In this document: piece after piece, positions 18,434 to 27,629 of the stretch
Position numbering within the stretch: position 1 is the first letter of the stretch
How the letters are laid out: every line of letters begins with the position of its first letter
Made by a program: the position numbers and the translations under genes
The notes under the pieces: generated by a model
Databases searched by the model: none
What the model was told of the DNA's origin: nothing
The model's input: the letters and a program-made list of their open reading frames with translations, nothing else
DNA from: an uncultured Acidimicrobiia bacterium
GTDB taxonomy: Bacteria; Actinomycetota; Acidimicrobiia; Spongiisociales; JAOTWH01
Direction of reading: 5' to 3'
DNA length: 36,816 bases
Assembly: GCA_964347285.1 (NCBI GenBank)
Contig: CAYFYE010000012.1
Span: forward strand, 1 to 36,816

Positions 18434-19654
18434 GTGGCCGACCGCTCCACGCTGGGACGCGCGGTGGCCGCCCTGTTCGCCGGGCGGCTGGTGGTCAACA
18501 CCGCCCAGAGGTTCGTCTATCCGTTCCTGCCGGCCATCGCCCGGGGCCTGGGCATCTCGCTCCAGCAGGCCGGGCTGCTGGTGTCGGCTCGCTGGATCGC
18601 CGGGCTGCCCACTCCGGCGGTCGTGGCGGTGGCGGGAAGGCGGGAGCAGCGGCGCCGCCTCGCCTTCACCGGCCTCCTCCTCTTTGCCATCGGCGCCGCC
18701 GTCACCGCCCTGACCGGGGTGTTCGCCGGCGCCCTGGTCGGCTTCACCCTCATGGGCCTGGGCAAGCCCGCCTACGACATCTCCACCCTCTCCTACGTCG
18801 CCGACCGGACGCCTTACCGGCGCCGGGCCCGCTACCTGTCGCTGCTCGAGCTCACCTGGGCGGGCGGCCTGCTCGTCGGCGCGCCGGCCGCCGGCTGGGC
18901 CATCGATCGGCTCGGATGGAAGAGCCCCTTCTGGCTGCTCAGCCTCCTCGCGCTTTCCGTCATCGCCCTGCTGGCGCTGGTGCTCCAGCCGGATCGGCCC
19001 GCTGCTGCGGCCCCTCCGCCCCGCCTCCGGCTCACCACCACCGGGATGGCCCTGCTGACGGCCACCGGGCTGTTCAGCTTCGCTGCCGAGGTGATGTTCG
19101 TCGTGTTCGGCGCCTGGCTCGAGGATGCCTTCGGCCTGTCGCTGGTCGCCCTGGGCGGGGCGGCCTTCGTGGTGGGCCTCTCCGAGCTGGCCGGAGAGGG
19201 CGCCACCATCGCCCTGACCGACCGGTTGGGCAAGCGGCGGGCGGTCTCGATCGGCCTGGTCCTGTCGATCGCCGGATTCGGCTTGCTCGGGCTGGAGCCC
19301 TCGATCCTGTGGGTCGGCATGGCCCTGATCGCGCTGGCCCTGTTCGGCTTCGAGTTCACCATCGTCTCGGCCATACCCCTGGCCACCGAAGTGGCCCCGA
19401 CGGCCCGAGCCCGCTACCTGGCGCTGTTCATCGTCGGGATGTCATTGGGCCGCGCCGCCGGCGCGGCGCTGGGCCCGGTCCTGTTCGAAGATCTGGGACT
19501 GGCCGGCAACGCACTGGTTGCTGCCGGCGTCGATCTGGTGGCCTTGGCGCTGCTGCTCGGCTGGGTGCGGGAGCGTTCCCTCGCCCATCCGCCCGCCGAT
19601 GGGCCGTTACCTGAATCCCCTGCCCAGCGCCCTCGCGGCTCGAGGGAGAGCTAG
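18434..19654 (+). CDS. MFS transporter
   Basis: About 12 hydrophobic segments and motif A LTDRLGKRR. Start set to the GTG at 18434 (CAGACT box 6 nt upstream). Confidence 0.85.
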   Translation: MADRSTLGRAVAALFAGRLVVNTAQRFVYPFLPAIARGLGISLQQAGLLVSARWIAGLPTPAVVAVAGRREQRRRLAFTGLLLFAIGAAVTALTGVFAGALVGFTLMGLGKPAYDISTLSYVADRTPYRRRARYLSLLELTWAGGLLVGAPAAGWAIDRLGWKSPFWLLSLLALSVIALLALVLQPDRPAAAAPPPRLRLTTTGMALLTATGLFSFAAEVMFVVFGAWLEDAFGLSLVALGGAAFVVGLSELAGEGATIALTDRLGKRRAVSIGLVLSIAGFGLLGLEPSILWVGMALIALALFGFEFTIVSAIPLATEVAPTARARYLALFIVGMSLGRAAGAALGPVLFEDLGLAGNALVAAGVDLVALALLLGWVRERSLAHPPADGPLPESPAQRPRGSRES

Positions 19655-21090
19655 CGCACCTTCTCGAAGTCGACGATCACCGTCTGCAGGTCGGTGTACT
19701 CCTCGATGCGTCCCCGGCCCCAGCCGGTGTCGGTGCCGGCCGCGCCCCCGAAGGGCTGGGCGTTCTCCCAGAAGTCGGTCGAGTCGTTGACGATGACGGT
19801 GCCGGAGCGGATCCGGTCGGCGTACCAGAAGGCCCGCTTGAGGCTCGACGTGAACACGGCCGCCTGGAGGCCGAGCCGGCTCCGGTTGCAGATCGCCACC
19901 GCTTCTTCGTCGTCGGCCGCTCGCAGGATGGGAACCACCGGACCGAACGACTCCTCCTGGGACAGCAGCGAGTCCTCGGGCACCGCATCCACCACCGTGA
20001 ATTCGTAGTACAGATCGGTGGGGAAGCCGGACGCCCGGCCTCCCCCGACCAGGACCTCGGCCCCGCGCGTCCGGGCGTCGTCGAGATGGCGATCCATCTT
20101 GTCCGCCGTCTCCTCGTTGTTCAGCGGCCCCATGTTGGTCTGCTCGTCGAAGGGGTCGCCGAGGCGGACCCCTTCGGAAGCCTTCATGGTTTCGGCGACG
20201 AAGTAGTCGTGGACGCCGTCCACGACGATCACCCGTTCCGTGGCACAGCACACCTGTCCGGCATTGAAGTAGGCACCGTAGGTGGCCGCCTCGGCGGCGG
20301 CGGCCACGTTGGAATCGTCGGTGACGATCGTGGGCCCGTTGCCGGACATCTCCATCACCGAGCGCTTGATGCCCATCTGGGAGATGATCTTGCGCCCGGT
20401 CTCCGAGGACCCGGTGAAGCCGATCCCGTCGATGCGGTCGTCGCCGACGAGCCACTGCCCGATCTCGGCACCGCCCGGGATGACGCTGAAGAGGCCCTTG
20501 GGAACGCCGGCGGCGTCGAAGGCCTTGGCCAGCTCCAACAGCCCCCACGAGGTGAACTCAGGCGGCTTGCAGATCACCGCGTTGCCGGCGGCCAATGCCG
20601 GAGCCATGTGCTCAACCGGGATCGTCACCGGGAAGTTCCACGGGGTTATTGCCGCCCAGACCCCGACCGGGCGGCGGAACGTGAACATCTTTTTGCCCCG
20701 CTCCGAGGTGGGTAGGACGTCCCCGGTGAGACGCTTGACGTCCTCGGCGAAGCTGCGGAAGTAGTCGACGCAGTCCTCGATGTCCCCCACCGATTCCTCG
20801 TGATAGGGCTTGCCCTGCTCCAGCGTCTGGACCTTGGCGATCTCCTCGACCGACTCCTCGATGGCGTCGGCGATGCGGTGGCACAGCTCGGCTCGCTCGA
20901 AGGCGGTCCAGTGGCGGAAGTCGGACTGGGCCTCCCGGGCGGCGACGATGGCCCGGTCGACGTCCGGGTGGGAGGCGAGCGGGACGTTGGCGATGTGCTC
21001 CCCTGTCACCGGGCTGATGAGTTTGTGGGCCTGATCGCCGGTCCCCTCGGTCCACTCACCCGCCAGATAGATCTGGAGGTCGTCGGCCAT
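19651..21090 (-). CDS. NAD(P)-dependent aldehyde dehydrogenase
   Basis: ITPWNFP, FTGS, MEMSGNGP (catalytic Glu), FNAGQVC (catalytic Cys), EESFGP; SD GAGGAGGAG. Confidence 0.93.
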   Translation of the reverse strand: MADDLQIYLAGEWTEGTGDQAHKLISPVTGEHIANVPLASHPDVDRAIVAAREAQSDFRHWTAFERAELCHRIADAIEESVEEIAKVQTLEQGKPYHEESVGDIEDCVDYFRSFAEDVKRLTGDVLPTSERGKKMFTFRRPVGVWAAITPWNFPVTIPVEHMAPALAAGNAVICKPPEFTSWGLLELAKAFDAAGVPKGLFSVIPGGAEIGQWLVGDDRIDGIGFTGSSETGRKIISQMGIKRSVMEMSGNGPTIVTDDSNVAAAAEAATYGAYFNAGQVCCATERVIVVDGVHDYFVAETMKASEGVRLGDPFDEQTNMGPLNNEETADKMDRHLDDARTRGAEVLVGGGRASGFPTDLYYEFTVVDAVPEDSLLSQEESFGPVVPILRAADDEEAVAICNRSRLGLQAAVFTSSLKRAFWYADRIRSGTVIVNDSTDFWENAQPFGGAAGTDTGWGRGRIEEYTDLQTVIVDFEKVR

Positions 21091-21296
21091 TGCTCCTCCT
21101 CGTGCGCGTCCTCATGCAAAGCTAACACCGGGTCCCGGGGGCCATCGGTGCCGCGAGGGCTCCGCGATCCCTTGGGGAAGGCCCGGACCTCTGCGCCCAC
21201 CGTAGAGCAACTCGGAGTCCGGCGAACCGGGGAACGGAGGCCCGACCGCTACCGCCCCCGGATCGGAGATTCGTTGCCCGGGTATTCTCCCGGTAG

Positions 21297-22751
21297 ATGC
21301 GCACCGAGCTTCTCATCGATGGGCGGTTCGTCGAGGGCTCCGGCGAGTACTTCGACATCCTCGACCCAGCCACCGAAAAGGTGTATGCCGCGATCCGATC
21401 GGCGGAGCCCGAACAGGTCGACGAGGCAGTGGCGGCCGCCGCAGCCGCCTTCGAGGGGTGGCGGTCGGCTTCCCAGGAGGATCGCTCCGCCGCCCTCAGG
21501 GCCGTGGCCGGTGCCATCCGCGATCGTGCCGACGAGATCGCCGACGTGGTCACGCACGAGACCGGCAGGGCCCGCACCCGTAACGTCTTCTACGTCGAGT
21601 ACACGGCCCGGGTGTTCGAGCAATACGCCGAGCTGGCCCGGGTCCACGGCGGCCGGGTGGCGCCGTCCAACGAGGCCGGCCAGCTGTCGCTGGTGCTGCG
21701 GGTCCCCTACGGGGTCGTGGCGGCCCTCGTGCCGTGGAACTACCCGCTCACGCTGCTCGCGTTCAAGGCCGCCCCGGCCTTGGCCACCGGCAATGCCGTC
21801 GTCATCAAGCCGGCGCCCGAGACCACCGCCACCACCCTCCTCCTGGGCGAGATCCTCGACAAACACCTTCCCGCCGGTGTGGTCAACGTCGTGGCCGGAG
21901 GGGGCGGGGTGGGCGCATGCCTCGTCGAACACCCCGGAGTCCACCTCGTTGCGTTCACGGGCTCCACGGAGACCGGCAAGGACATCGGCTCGGTGTGCGG
22001 CCGCTTGGCCAAGCCGGTCCGCCTGGAGCTGAGCGGCAAGGACCCGGCCGTCGTGTTCCCCGACGTCGACGTGGAGGCCGCCGCCCACGGCGTGGCGTGG
22101 GCCGCGTTCCTCAACGCCGGCCAGGTGTGTACGTCCACCGAACGCGCCTACGTCCACGCCGACGTGTACGACCGGTTCGTCGAGCGGGTGACCACACTGG
22201 CTGCCGCGCTGCGGGTCGGCAACCCCTTCGATGCCCAAACCCAGGTCGGTCCGATGCAGAGCGAGCAGGGACGGCAACGAGTCCTCGATCAGCTCGGGGC
22301 GGCGATCGCCGACGGCGCCAAGATCCTCTACGGCGGCGATCCCCTGGCCGAGCCCGGCTACTACCTGCGACCCACCGTGCTCACCAACGTCGACCACTCC
22401 ATGGACGTGATGCGCGAGGAGACGTTCGGGCCGGTGCTGCCGATCATGCCGTTCACCGACGACGACGAGGCCTTCCGGCTGGCCGGCGACACCTACTACG
22501 GGCTGGGCGCCAGCTTCTACACCCGCGACCCGTCCCGGGTGCGCCGGGCCTACGAAGAGATGGCGGTGGGAACGGTGTGGATCAACGACCCGGTGGTGGA
22601 CAACCTGGGAGCTCCGTTTGGAGGCATGCGGGGCAGCGGCGACGCCCGCGAGCTCGGGGTGGAAGCGCTGGCCTCCTTCACATCCCCGCGCCACGTGCAC
22701 TGGAACATCGACCTCGAGATCAAGCCCTGGTGGTACCGAGAGGAGGAGTGA
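21297..22751 (+). CDS. Aldehyde dehydrogenase (aminoaldehyde/betaine-aldehyde dehydrogenase-like)
   Basis: PWNYP, FTGS, LELSGKDP, LNAGQVC, EETFGP, PFGG. Confidence 0.92.
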   Translation: MRTELLIDGRFVEGSGEYFDILDPATEKVYAAIRSAEPEQVDEAVAAAAAAFEGWRSASQEDRSAALRAVAGAIRDRADEIADVVTHETGRARTRNVFYVEYTARVFEQYAELARVHGGRVAPSNEAGQLSLVLRVPYGVVAALVPWNYPLTLLAFKAAPALATGNAVVIKPAPETTATTLLLGEILDKHLPAGVVNVVAGGGGVGACLVEHPGVHLVAFTGSTETGKDIGSVCGRLAKPVRLELSGKDPAVVFPDVDVEAAAHGVAWAAFLNAGQVCTSTERAYVHADVYDRFVERVTTLAAALRVGNPFDAQTQVGPMQSEQGRQRVLDQLGAAIADGAKILYGGDPLAEPGYYLRPTVLTNVDHSMDVMREETFGPVLPIMPFTDDDEAFRLAGDTYYGLGASFYTRDPSRVRRAYEEMAVGTVWINDPVVDNLGAPFGGMRGSGDARELGVEALASFTSPRHVHWNIDLEIKPWWYREEE

Positions 22752-24061
22752 TGGGACTGCAAGGACCGAAGACCAAAGAGTGGTTCGACCGGGCCCAAAA
22801 GTCTCTGGTACTGGGGGTCTCGAGCCAGTTCCGCTACTGGGGAGCCGAGGACACCCTGGTGATCGAGCGGGGCGAGGGGCCCTACATCTGGGACATGGAC
22901 GGCAATCGCTATATCGACTACCGGCTCGGCTTCGGCCCGGTGATCCTCGGCCACGGTGATCCCGATGTGGCCGCGTCGGTGGCCGAGGCCGCGGCGGCCG
23001 GCACCACCTTCGCCCTCACCCAGCAGCGCGAGGTGGAAGCCGCCGAGACCTTCCGCAAGGCCGTGCCCTGGGTGGAGCATCTCCGCTTCTCGAACACCGG
23101 CACCGAAGTGACCATGCACGCCGTCCGCCTGGCCCGGGGCTACACGGGCCGGGAAGTCGTCGTCAAGTTCGAAGGCCAGTACCACGGGGTCCACGACTAC
23201 GTGATGTTCTCCACCGCCGGTGGCAGCCCGACCTCGCTCGGATCGCCCTACGACCCCGTGCCGCTGCAGAGCTCCTCGGGCATCCCCGAGGCCATCCGCG
23301 GCCTCATCCGCACGCTGCCGTTCAACGACCTGGAGGCGGTGGAGCGCCTGTTCCGCTCCGAGGGAGGGAGCATCGCCGCCATCATCGTCGAGCCGATGCT
23401 GGGGAACTGCTTCGGTCTGATGCCGGTCGACGGCTTCCTCCCCGGCCTGCGACGCATCTGCGACGAGTACGGATCGGTGCTGATCTTCGACGAAGTCAAG
23501 ACGGGTTTTCGTCTCGCCCTGGGCGGCGCCCAGGAGTACTTCGGGGTCACCCCCGACCTGGGCACGTTCGCCAAGGCGATGGGCAACGGGTTCCCGGTCG
23601 CCGCGGTGGCGGGACGGGGCCCGGTGATCGAGGCCCTCCAACCGGGCAAGATCGTCCAGGCCGGCACCTATTCGGGCAACGGCGTCGCCGTCGCCGCCGC
23701 CAAGGCCACGATCGACCACCTCCTCACCGGTGAGCCCCTGGCGAGGATCGAAAAGGCCGGCCGGACGCTCATGGACGGAATCACCGGCGTCCTCGGCGAC
23801 CGGGGCATCGCCCACCACATCACCGGGGTCCCGGCGATGTTCTCGATCTTCCTGGCCGACGAGGCCCCGACCGACTTCCGGGACACCGCCGGCCACGACG
23901 CCGAGCTCTACGAGGCGATCGGCATGGCCATGATTCGTCGAGGGGTGTTCCCCGAGGTCGACGGACTCGAGCCGTACTTCCTGTGCGCGGCGCTGTCCGA
24001 CGAGGACGTGACCACCACCCTCACCGTGTTCGAAGAGGCGGTCGCCGAGGCGACGAGCTGA
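22751..24061 (+). CDS. Class-III aminotransferase, glutamate-1-semialdehyde aminomutase-like paralog
   Basis: DGNRYIDY, GPVILGH, NTGTE, FEGQYHG, LIFDEVKTGFR, FAKAMGNGFP, AGTYSGN. It lacks HemL's NSPVRA motif (has SSQFRYW). TGATG coupling to the upstream ALDH. Confidence 0.88.
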   Translation: MGLQGPKTKEWFDRAQKSLVLGVSSQFRYWGAEDTLVIERGEGPYIWDMDGNRYIDYRLGFGPVILGHGDPDVAASVAEAAAAGTTFALTQQREVEAAETFRKAVPWVEHLRFSNTGTEVTMHAVRLARGYTGREVVVKFEGQYHGVHDYVMFSTAGGSPTSLGSPYDPVPLQSSSGIPEAIRGLIRTLPFNDLEAVERLFRSEGGSIAAIIVEPMLGNCFGLMPVDGFLPGLRRICDEYGSVLIFDEVKTGFRLALGGAQEYFGVTPDLGTFAKAMGNGFPVAAVAGRGPVIEALQPGKIVQAGTYSGNGVAVAAAKATIDHLLTGEPLARIEKAGRTLMDGITGVLGDRGIAHHITGVPAMFSIFLADEAPTDFRDTAGHDAELYEAIGMAMIRRGVFPEVDGLEPYFLCAALSDEDVTTTLTVFEEAVAEATS

Positions 24062-24075
24062 GAAAGGAACAACCG

Positions 24076-25494
24076 ATGGACCAATCCCCGGCCCGCATCG
24101 GCGGGCGAGCCGTCACCACCGAACGCTCCATAGAGGTCCGCAATCCCTACGACGGCACCGTCGTCGGACTCGTTCCGGCCTGCACGGCCGATCACGTCGA
24201 CGAGGCGTGCCGGGCCGCCCAGGCCGCCCTGGAGAGGGCCGACTTCCCCCAGTATCGGAGGGCCGAGGTGCTGGAGCGGACCGCCGGGCTCATTGCCGAC
24301 CGGGTCGACGACCTGGGGCGAACGATCGCCCTGGAAGCGGGCAAACCGATCACCGCCGCCCGGACCGAGGCGGCCCGGTGCGTGGACACCCATACGTTCG
24401 CCGCCGTCGAGGCCCGCAAGCTGGCCGGCGAGATGATCCCCATGGAGGCGTCCAACACGGGGGCGGGCCGTATCGCCTTCGCCCTGCGCGTCCCCATCGG
24501 GGTCGTGGCCGCCATCAGTCCGTTCAACTTCCCTCTGAACCTGGTGGCCCACAAGGTGGCGCCGGCGATCGCCGCCGGGTGCCCGGTGGTGTTGAAGCCG
24601 GCCTCGGCCACTCCGCTGTCGGCGCTGGCCCTGGTCGATCTGCTCATCGAGGCCGGAATGCCCGAGGACTGGGTATCGGTGGTCACCGGGTCGGGCAAGG
24701 AGGTGGGCGATCCCCTGGTGGAACACCCCATTCCCAAGCTGATCTCCTTTACCGGCAGCCCGGCGGTCGGCTGGGACATTCCCGCCAAGGCGCCCCGCAA
24801 GAAGGTGTCTCTGGAGCTGGGCTCGAATTCTCCGGTCATCGTCGAACCCGACGCCGACCTGGACCGGGTGGCCGCCAAGGTCAGGGTGGGCGGATTTACC
24901 TACGCCGGCCAGTCGTGCATCTCCACCCAGCGCGTGCTCGTCCATCACTCCATCCAGGACTCGCTGGTGAAGGTGCTCAAGGACGCCGTCGAGTCGCTGG
25001 TGGTCGGGGATCCCCTCGACGAGGCCACCGACGTCGGACCGCTGATCGCCCCCGAGGAAACCGAGCGGGTCCACCGCTGGATCGACGAGGCACTGGGCGA
25101 CGGCGCCGAGTTGGTGGCCGGGGGTACGGTCCAGGGTGGGCTGCTGGCCCCGACCGTGGTCAACAACGTCGACCCGGCCGCCGACCTGTGCGCCCGCGAG
25201 GTGTTCGGCCCGGTGGTGGTGGTGATCCCCTACGACGATTTCGACGACGCCATCACCATGGCCAACGATTCCGACTTCGGCCTCCACGCCGGCGTGTTCA
25301 CCTCCGACGTGGCCAAGGCGATGGAGGCGGCTCGGCGGCTCGATTTCGGAGGGGTACTGATCAACGACGTGCCCACCTACCGGGCCGACCAGCAGCCCTA
25401 CGGAGGCGTCAAGGGATCGGGCAACACCCGCGAAGGCCCCGCCTATGCCGTGGCCGAGATGACCGAGCTGCGCTTCGTCGCCATCTCCCCCTGA
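24076..25494 (+). CDS. Aldehyde dehydrogenase (lactaldehyde dehydrogenase/GapN-like subfamily)
   Basis: ISPFNFPLNL, FTGS, LELGSNSP, YAGQSC, EVFGP, PYGGVKGSG. SD AAAGGA before the ATG at 24076. Confidence 0.92.
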   Translation: MDQSPARIGGRAVTTERSIEVRNPYDGTVVGLVPACTADHVDEACRAAQAALERADFPQYRRAEVLERTAGLIADRVDDLGRTIALEAGKPITAARTEAARCVDTHTFAAVEARKLAGEMIPMEASNTGAGRIAFALRVPIGVVAAISPFNFPLNLVAHKVAPAIAAGCPVVLKPASATPLSALALVDLLIEAGMPEDWVSVVTGSGKEVGDPLVEHPIPKLISFTGSPAVGWDIPAKAPRKKVSLELGSNSPVIVEPDADLDRVAAKVRVGGFTYAGQSCISTQRVLVHHSIQDSLVKVLKDAVESLVVGDPLDEATDVGPLIAPEETERVHRWIDEALGDGAELVAGGTVQGGLLAPTVVNNVDPAADLCAREVFGPVVVVIPYDDFDDAITMANDSDFGLHAGVFTSDVAKAMEAARRLDFGGVLINDVPTYRADQQPYGGVKGSGNTREGPAYAVAEMTELRFVAISP

Positions 25495-25539
25495 AGCCGG
25501 GGGCCGAGCGTCCGTCCCGCGGACTTCCGGGGGTTGCGC

Positions 25540-26547
25540 TCAGCCGGGCGGGGCGGTAGTGCCTCGCTCCACCAGCGACGGGGCCATCACCAGGTGCTCG
25601 GCCCCGGTCCGCCCGTGGTCGAGCCGCTCCGACAGGAGCCGCATGGCCGCCGCCCCCATTTCGAAGCGGGGCTGGTCCACGGTGGTGAGCGAGATGTGCT
25701 GGAGGCCGGCAATCGACGTGTTGTCGTAGCCGACCAGCGACACCTCGCCGGGGACGTCCAGACCGCGCTCGCCCAGCACCCCGAGCGCACCCAGGGCGGC
25801 CATGTCGTTGGCGGCCAGAATCGCCGTGGGGCGGGGGCGGCGGTCGAGGAGCTCTTCGGTTCCCCGGACTCCGCCCTCTTCGGTGAAGGCGCCCCGGGCC
25901 ACCTGGACGTGAGCCGCCAGGCCCAAGTCGGTCATGGTGGCCTCGTAGGCGTGGCGCCGCACCTTGGCGGCCGGAGCGGCTCCTCCATCGACATGGGCGA
26001 TCCGCCGATGCCCGAGGCCGGCCAGGTGCTCGACCGCCGCCCGGACGCCGGCCCGATCGTCGTTGACCACGCTGTCCACGGCGGCATTCCGGGTCGCCCG
26101 GCCCACGATGACCACCGGAGCCACTCGGGCCGCTTCGGCGATCTTGCCGATGCCCAGCTGGGGGCCGGCCAGGACGAGGCCGTCCACCCGTAGCTCGAGG
26201 AGCATCTCCACCGCGGCCGCCTCCTGGCCGACCGCCCGATTGCCGGTGTCGATGAGCGGGTGGTAGCCCGCCCGTTTGGCCTCGTCGTCCAGGCCGTCTA
26301 CCACCTCCGCGAAGAAGGGGTTGTGCAGGTCGGACAGCATGACGCCGATGACCCGGGTCCGGCGGCTCACCAGGCTGCGGGCCACCCGGTCGGGCCGATA
26401 GCCGAGTTCCTCGATGGCCTGCCACACGGCCCTCCGCTTGTCGTCGCTGACGTGAGGGGCATCCCGCAGCACCAGCGACACCAGCGATTTGGACACACCG
26501 GCCCGGGCGGCGACGTCGTGGATGGTGGGCCTGGCCGTGGCTTTCAT
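25540..26547 (-). CDS. LacI-family transcriptional regulator
   Basis: HTH PTIHDVAARAGVSKSLVSLVL, LGYRPDRVARSL, NPFF, NDMAALG, VGYDN, LTTVDQP. Start at the ATG at 26547; TATAGT -10 upstream. Confidence 0.95.
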   Translation of the reverse strand: MKATARPTIHDVAARAGVSKSLVSLVLRDAPHVSDDKRRAVWQAIEELGYRPDRVARSLVSRRTRVIGVMLSDLHNPFFAEVVDGLDDEAKRAGYHPLIDTGNRAVGQEAAAVEMLLELRVDGLVLAGPQLGIGKIAEAARVAPVVIVGRATRNAAVDSVVNDDRAGVRAAVEHLAGLGHRRIAHVDGGAAPAAKVRRHAYEATMTDLGLAAHVQVARGAFTEEGGVRGTEELLDRRPRPTAILAANDMAALGALGVLGERGLDVPGEVSLVGYDNTSIAGLQHISLTTVDQPRFEMGAAAMRLLSERLDHGRTGAEHLVMAPSLVERGTTAPPG

Positions 26548-26578
26548 ACTTCCCGGGCCGACTATAGCCACCACTCCT

Positions 26579-26590
26579 TGGAACGTTCCA
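26579..26590. promoter_or_regulatory. LacI-type operator
   Basis: Perfect palindrome TGGAACGTTCCA with central CG, between the divergent lacI and iolG-like genes; near-copies at 36345 and 36362. Confidence 0.85.
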
Positions 26591-26629
26591 TGCCATTTGG
26601 GGTCGATCGGCTGTGCCAATCTGAACGCC

Positions 26630-27628
26630 ATGCGGGTGGGAGTCATCGGAGTCGGGCGGATCGGGTCCCTCCATGCCGCCGCCCTGGCCGCTCATCCCGA
26701 GGTCGACTCGCTGCTCCTGGCCGACGCCGACAACGCCCGGGCCGCCCAAGTAGCCAACCGCCTCGGTGTCGAGGCGTCGACCTCGGTCGAATCCGTCTTT
26801 GGCGACGTCGAGGCGGTGGCCATCGCTGCGCCCACGAGTTTCCACGCCGAGCTCATTCATCGGGCCGCCGACGTCGACCTTCCCACCTTCTGCGAGAAGC
26901 CCATCGCCCTCGACCTCGCCACCACCGCTCGAGTGGTCGATCACGTGTCCGCCGCCGGCATCCCCCTCCAGATGGGCTTCAACCGCCGCTTCGATGCCGG
27001 CTTTCGGAGAGCTCACGAGATGGTGGCCTCCGGGCGGCTCGGCACGCTCTACCTGGTGCGCACCGGCACTCACGATCCCGAGCCTCCGCCCCCCGACTAC
27101 ATCCCCCACTCCGGTGGGATCTTCACCGACATGCACATCCACGATTTCGACGCCGTCCGCTTCGTCACCGGCCGAGAGGTGGAGGAGGTCTATGCAGACG
27201 GCTCGGTGCTGATCTCGGAATCGTTCAAGCGCTTCGACGACGTCGACGTGACCGCCACCGTCCTCCGACTCGCCGGCGGAGCGCTCGGCATCGTCTCGGG
27301 TTCGCGACACGATCCGCTCGGCTACGACATCCGCATGGAGCTGTTCGGCTCGAAGGACAGCGTCGCCGTCGGAGTGGACGACCGCACCCCGCTCCGCTCT
27401 CTGGAGCCCGACGTGCCTCCTCCCCCCGGACCCGCCTATCCGTCCTTTCAGGAGCGGTTCGCCGACGCCTACCGGGCCGAGCTGGATGCCTTCATGGAGA
27501 TGGCCCAGGGACGCATGGAGAGCCCGTGCACGGCGGAGGACGCCCAGGCCGCCCTCCGGATCGCTGCGGCCGCCGCCCGCTCGCGGGCCGAGCACCGCCC
27601 GGTGCGCCTCACCGAGATCGCCCCCTGA
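26630..27628 (+). CDS. iolG: Gfo/Idh/MocA oxidoreductase, myo-inositol 2-dehydrogenase-like
   Basis: MRVGVIGVGRIG, FCEKP, GFNRRFD, HDPEPPP, SGGIFTDMHIHDFD, GYDIRMELFG, ERFADAY. Confidence 0.85.
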   Translation: MRVGVIGVGRIGSLHAAALAAHPEVDSLLLADADNARAAQVANRLGVEASTSVESVFGDVEAVAIAAPTSFHAELIHRAADVDLPTFCEKPIALDLATTARVVDHVSAAGIPLQMGFNRRFDAGFRRAHEMVASGRLGTLYLVRTGTHDPEPPPPDYIPHSGGIFTDMHIHDFDAVRFVTGREVEEVYADGSVLISESFKRFDDVDVTATVLRLAGGALGIVSGSRHDPLGYDIRMELFGSKDSVAVGVDDRTPLRSLEPDVPPPPGPAYPSFQERFADAYRAELDAFMEMAQGRMESPCTAEDAQAALRIAAAAARSRAEHRPVRLTEIAP

Positions 27629-27629
27629 C

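Noticed and set aside
19651..19760. Slightly shortened C-terminal GREG motif in this ALDH as a sign of pseudogenisation
   Set aside because: The frame is intact, the catalytic Glu and Cys are present, and the difference is only about 2 residues.
22751..24061. Calling this gene hemL
   Set aside because: The HemL substrate motif is absent and the context is catabolic.
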